The notes below the pieces were generated by a model, which saw only the letters and a list, made by a program, of their open reading frames with translations, ran no database searches and was not told the origin of the DNA. Shown in pieces: positions 62,277-64,000 of a stretch of DNA of 64,000 bases (positions are counted from its first letter, which is position 1; each line of letters opens with the position of its first letter). The position numbers were made by a program, and so were the translations under genes. The stretch covers positions 95,356,001 to 95,420,000 of the forward strand of contig NC_091480.1 of assembly GCF_036971445.1 (NCBI RefSeq), in the 5' to 3' direction. The stretch comes from Narcine bancroftii. Its lineage: Eukaryota.

Positions 62277-62519
62277 GTGCTAGATCAAATGACATGTAAT
62301 TGACAGAACTACGAGGTGAGTGGCTCCCTCTTCCTGCAGTTCCCCAACAAGCTCTGTCTAATCCTTGTTTTTAATGATGAAATGAAAGTCTTTCTGATTT
62401 TTAATAAATGGGATGAATTAAATATTTGAAATATGATGCCATGTGTTATCAGCTTGCTATTTGGAGGAACCAGGTCCTGACCATTCATTTCATTTTCTTC
62501 CCCCCCCCCCCCCTTGTAG

Positions 62520-62605
62520 ATAATGGGAAGGTTTCCATCCAGTGGCGTTTAGAGCACAGTGAAATGGACCATTTCACAGAGGAGGAGCTTCAGTCACAGC
62601 TGCAG
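62520..62605 (+). CDS. RDM1: RDM1 exon 6
   Basis: DNGKVSIQWR...TEEELQSQLQ resembles mammalian ESGKIAVEYR...EEELHGLIQ. Confidence 0.9.
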
Positions 62606-62689
62606 GTACAGTCACTAGGCCTATCAGTACGTGAAAGCTTTGGTTAGAATTGGAAAATTGTTTCCTCTTGTCCAAATACAATTGGGTCA

Positions 62690-63235
62690 TCTTTAAAAGT
62701 TTTATGGAATTTAAGGCTCTAATGCAATTTTGCTATTGGACAGGGCCTTGCTGAGACTAAGCCAGAGTATTTACAGCAGTTTTGGACTCTATGCCTTCAA
62801 AGGAATCTTTGCCTTGGAGTACAAAGATAATTTACTAGTCTTCTTTCTGGATTAGTTGGTCTGTTGTGCAGGAAGAGACTGAGGCAGTTAGACTTGTAAA
62901 TTCCACAGAAGAGGAGATAATCTCATTAAAAGTTCTTGAATAATTTGCCAGGGTTGTTTTATCCAAGATTACAAAATGATAAATTTCTTCACAAAAGGTG
63001 GTAAATATTTGCCATTGTTTTCCCTGGAGGATTGTGGAGACTCAGAACTGTGTTCTAAATGAAAATTGATAGTTTTCTGTTGACTAAAGAATTTGGAGAA
63101 TGAAGAAATATGGGGAGAGGAGAAAATGATAGTTGATGTAGGTCAGTCAAGTTCATGTTGGATGGCAGAGCAGCCCTTGAAGGAGTGAATAACCTATTTG
63201 TTTGGAGAGAAAATGTACCGATGCTATGATCAAAC
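62690..63235 (+). mobile_element. Degraded CR1 3' fragment
   Basis: cagagtattta cagcagttttgg (EY..QFW), aatttcttcacaaaaggtggtaaat, tail. Confidence 0.5.
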
Positions 63236-63316
63236 CAATTCAATTCTAGGTAGTTTCTCATTGGCTTGTTCATTGCAGAAAGCTGGGGATAAAACTTAGT
63301 GTTTCTCTTTTTGTAG

Positions 63317-63406
63317 GTGAATGAAATTTCATGGAGTCAGTTTGAACACAACGGTCAGGAAGAAATCCTCTCAGATCTCAGTTTTAACATGGATTCCATT
63401 GAATGA
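63317..63406 (+). CDS. RDM1: RDM1 exon 7 (stop)
   Basis: VNEISWSQFEHNGQEEILSDLSFNMDSIE*; AATAAA at 63486 and 63558. Confidence 0.88.
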   Translation: MNEISWSQFEHNGQEEILSDLSFNMDSIE

Positions 63407-63732
63407 ATTGGAATGAGAAACTTTTGGTCTATGGACATATTCATTCCAGGGCTGTGGAATTAACCTATTTTGTGTTGTGATCCAAAATAAACCAAAAAAA
63501 AACACTGATTCACTAGACTTGATCTGAAAACTTGCCTTTGGAATTGTGGTGTTGAGCAATAAATGGTCGACCACTACATTTGGTGTTGCAGCACGGCTAC
63601 CACAATGGTGCTCATTAAACTTTGAGCCCCTTGAAGATTTAAAATTAACACTTATGTTCAGTTGAAAGAAGCATGAAAGAACAAACTGCAGCACCTTCTG
63701 GCCTCACTCTTGCATGTTTGTAGAGTTAACAT

Positions 63733-63945
63733 TGGGGGCAGCAGGGTTACAGTAGTGATTAGTGCAATGCTGTTACAGTGCCAGCGACCAGGGTTCGAAT
63801 CCAGTGCTGGCTAAGAAATCTGTACTTTATCCCAGAGTCTGCATGGGTTTCTTCTGGGGCTCTGGTTTCCTCCCACTGAGGGTTGTAGATTAATTGGATG
63901 CAATTGGGTTGGCTTGAGGCCTGTTCCTGTGCTGTGTGACTTCAT
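63733..63945 (+). mobile_element. V-SINE copy
   Basis: B box gggttcgaatcc, central domain, tail. Confidence 0.7.
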
Positions 63946-64000
63946 TTTTAAAAAAAGTAAAGAAAAATTTGGAGAACAAACGTTTATAATCAATCTAATG

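Overview
Vertebrate genomic DNA from a cartilaginous fish (elasmobranch, probably a ray; inferred from the GH protein and the repeat families). It is not microbial. Three complete spliced genes lie on the + strand, reconstructed by hand from GT-AG junctions with consistent frames. CD79B (Ig-beta) has 5 coding exons at 7720-19919 and encodes 215 aa. Growth hormone has 5 exons at 46039-49560 and encodes 210 aa. RDM1 has 7 exons at 53770-63406 and encodes 294 aa. The rest is mostly decayed transposons: Penelope-like elements (PLE), CR1, Rex1/Babar, RTE, L1/Tx1, tRNA-derived V-SINEs, a 5S-derived SINE, solo LTRs and MITEs, plus two N gaps. The most unusual structures are (i) a 1.6-kb, nearly perfect 19-bp minisatellite built from what looks like the hammerhead-ribozyme core of a PLE terminus, (ii) several fold-back elements made of two inverted PLE termini, and (iii) a fifth cysteine in mature GH. 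Repeat family names and boundaries come from recognition by eye and are approximate. No search or folding was run.
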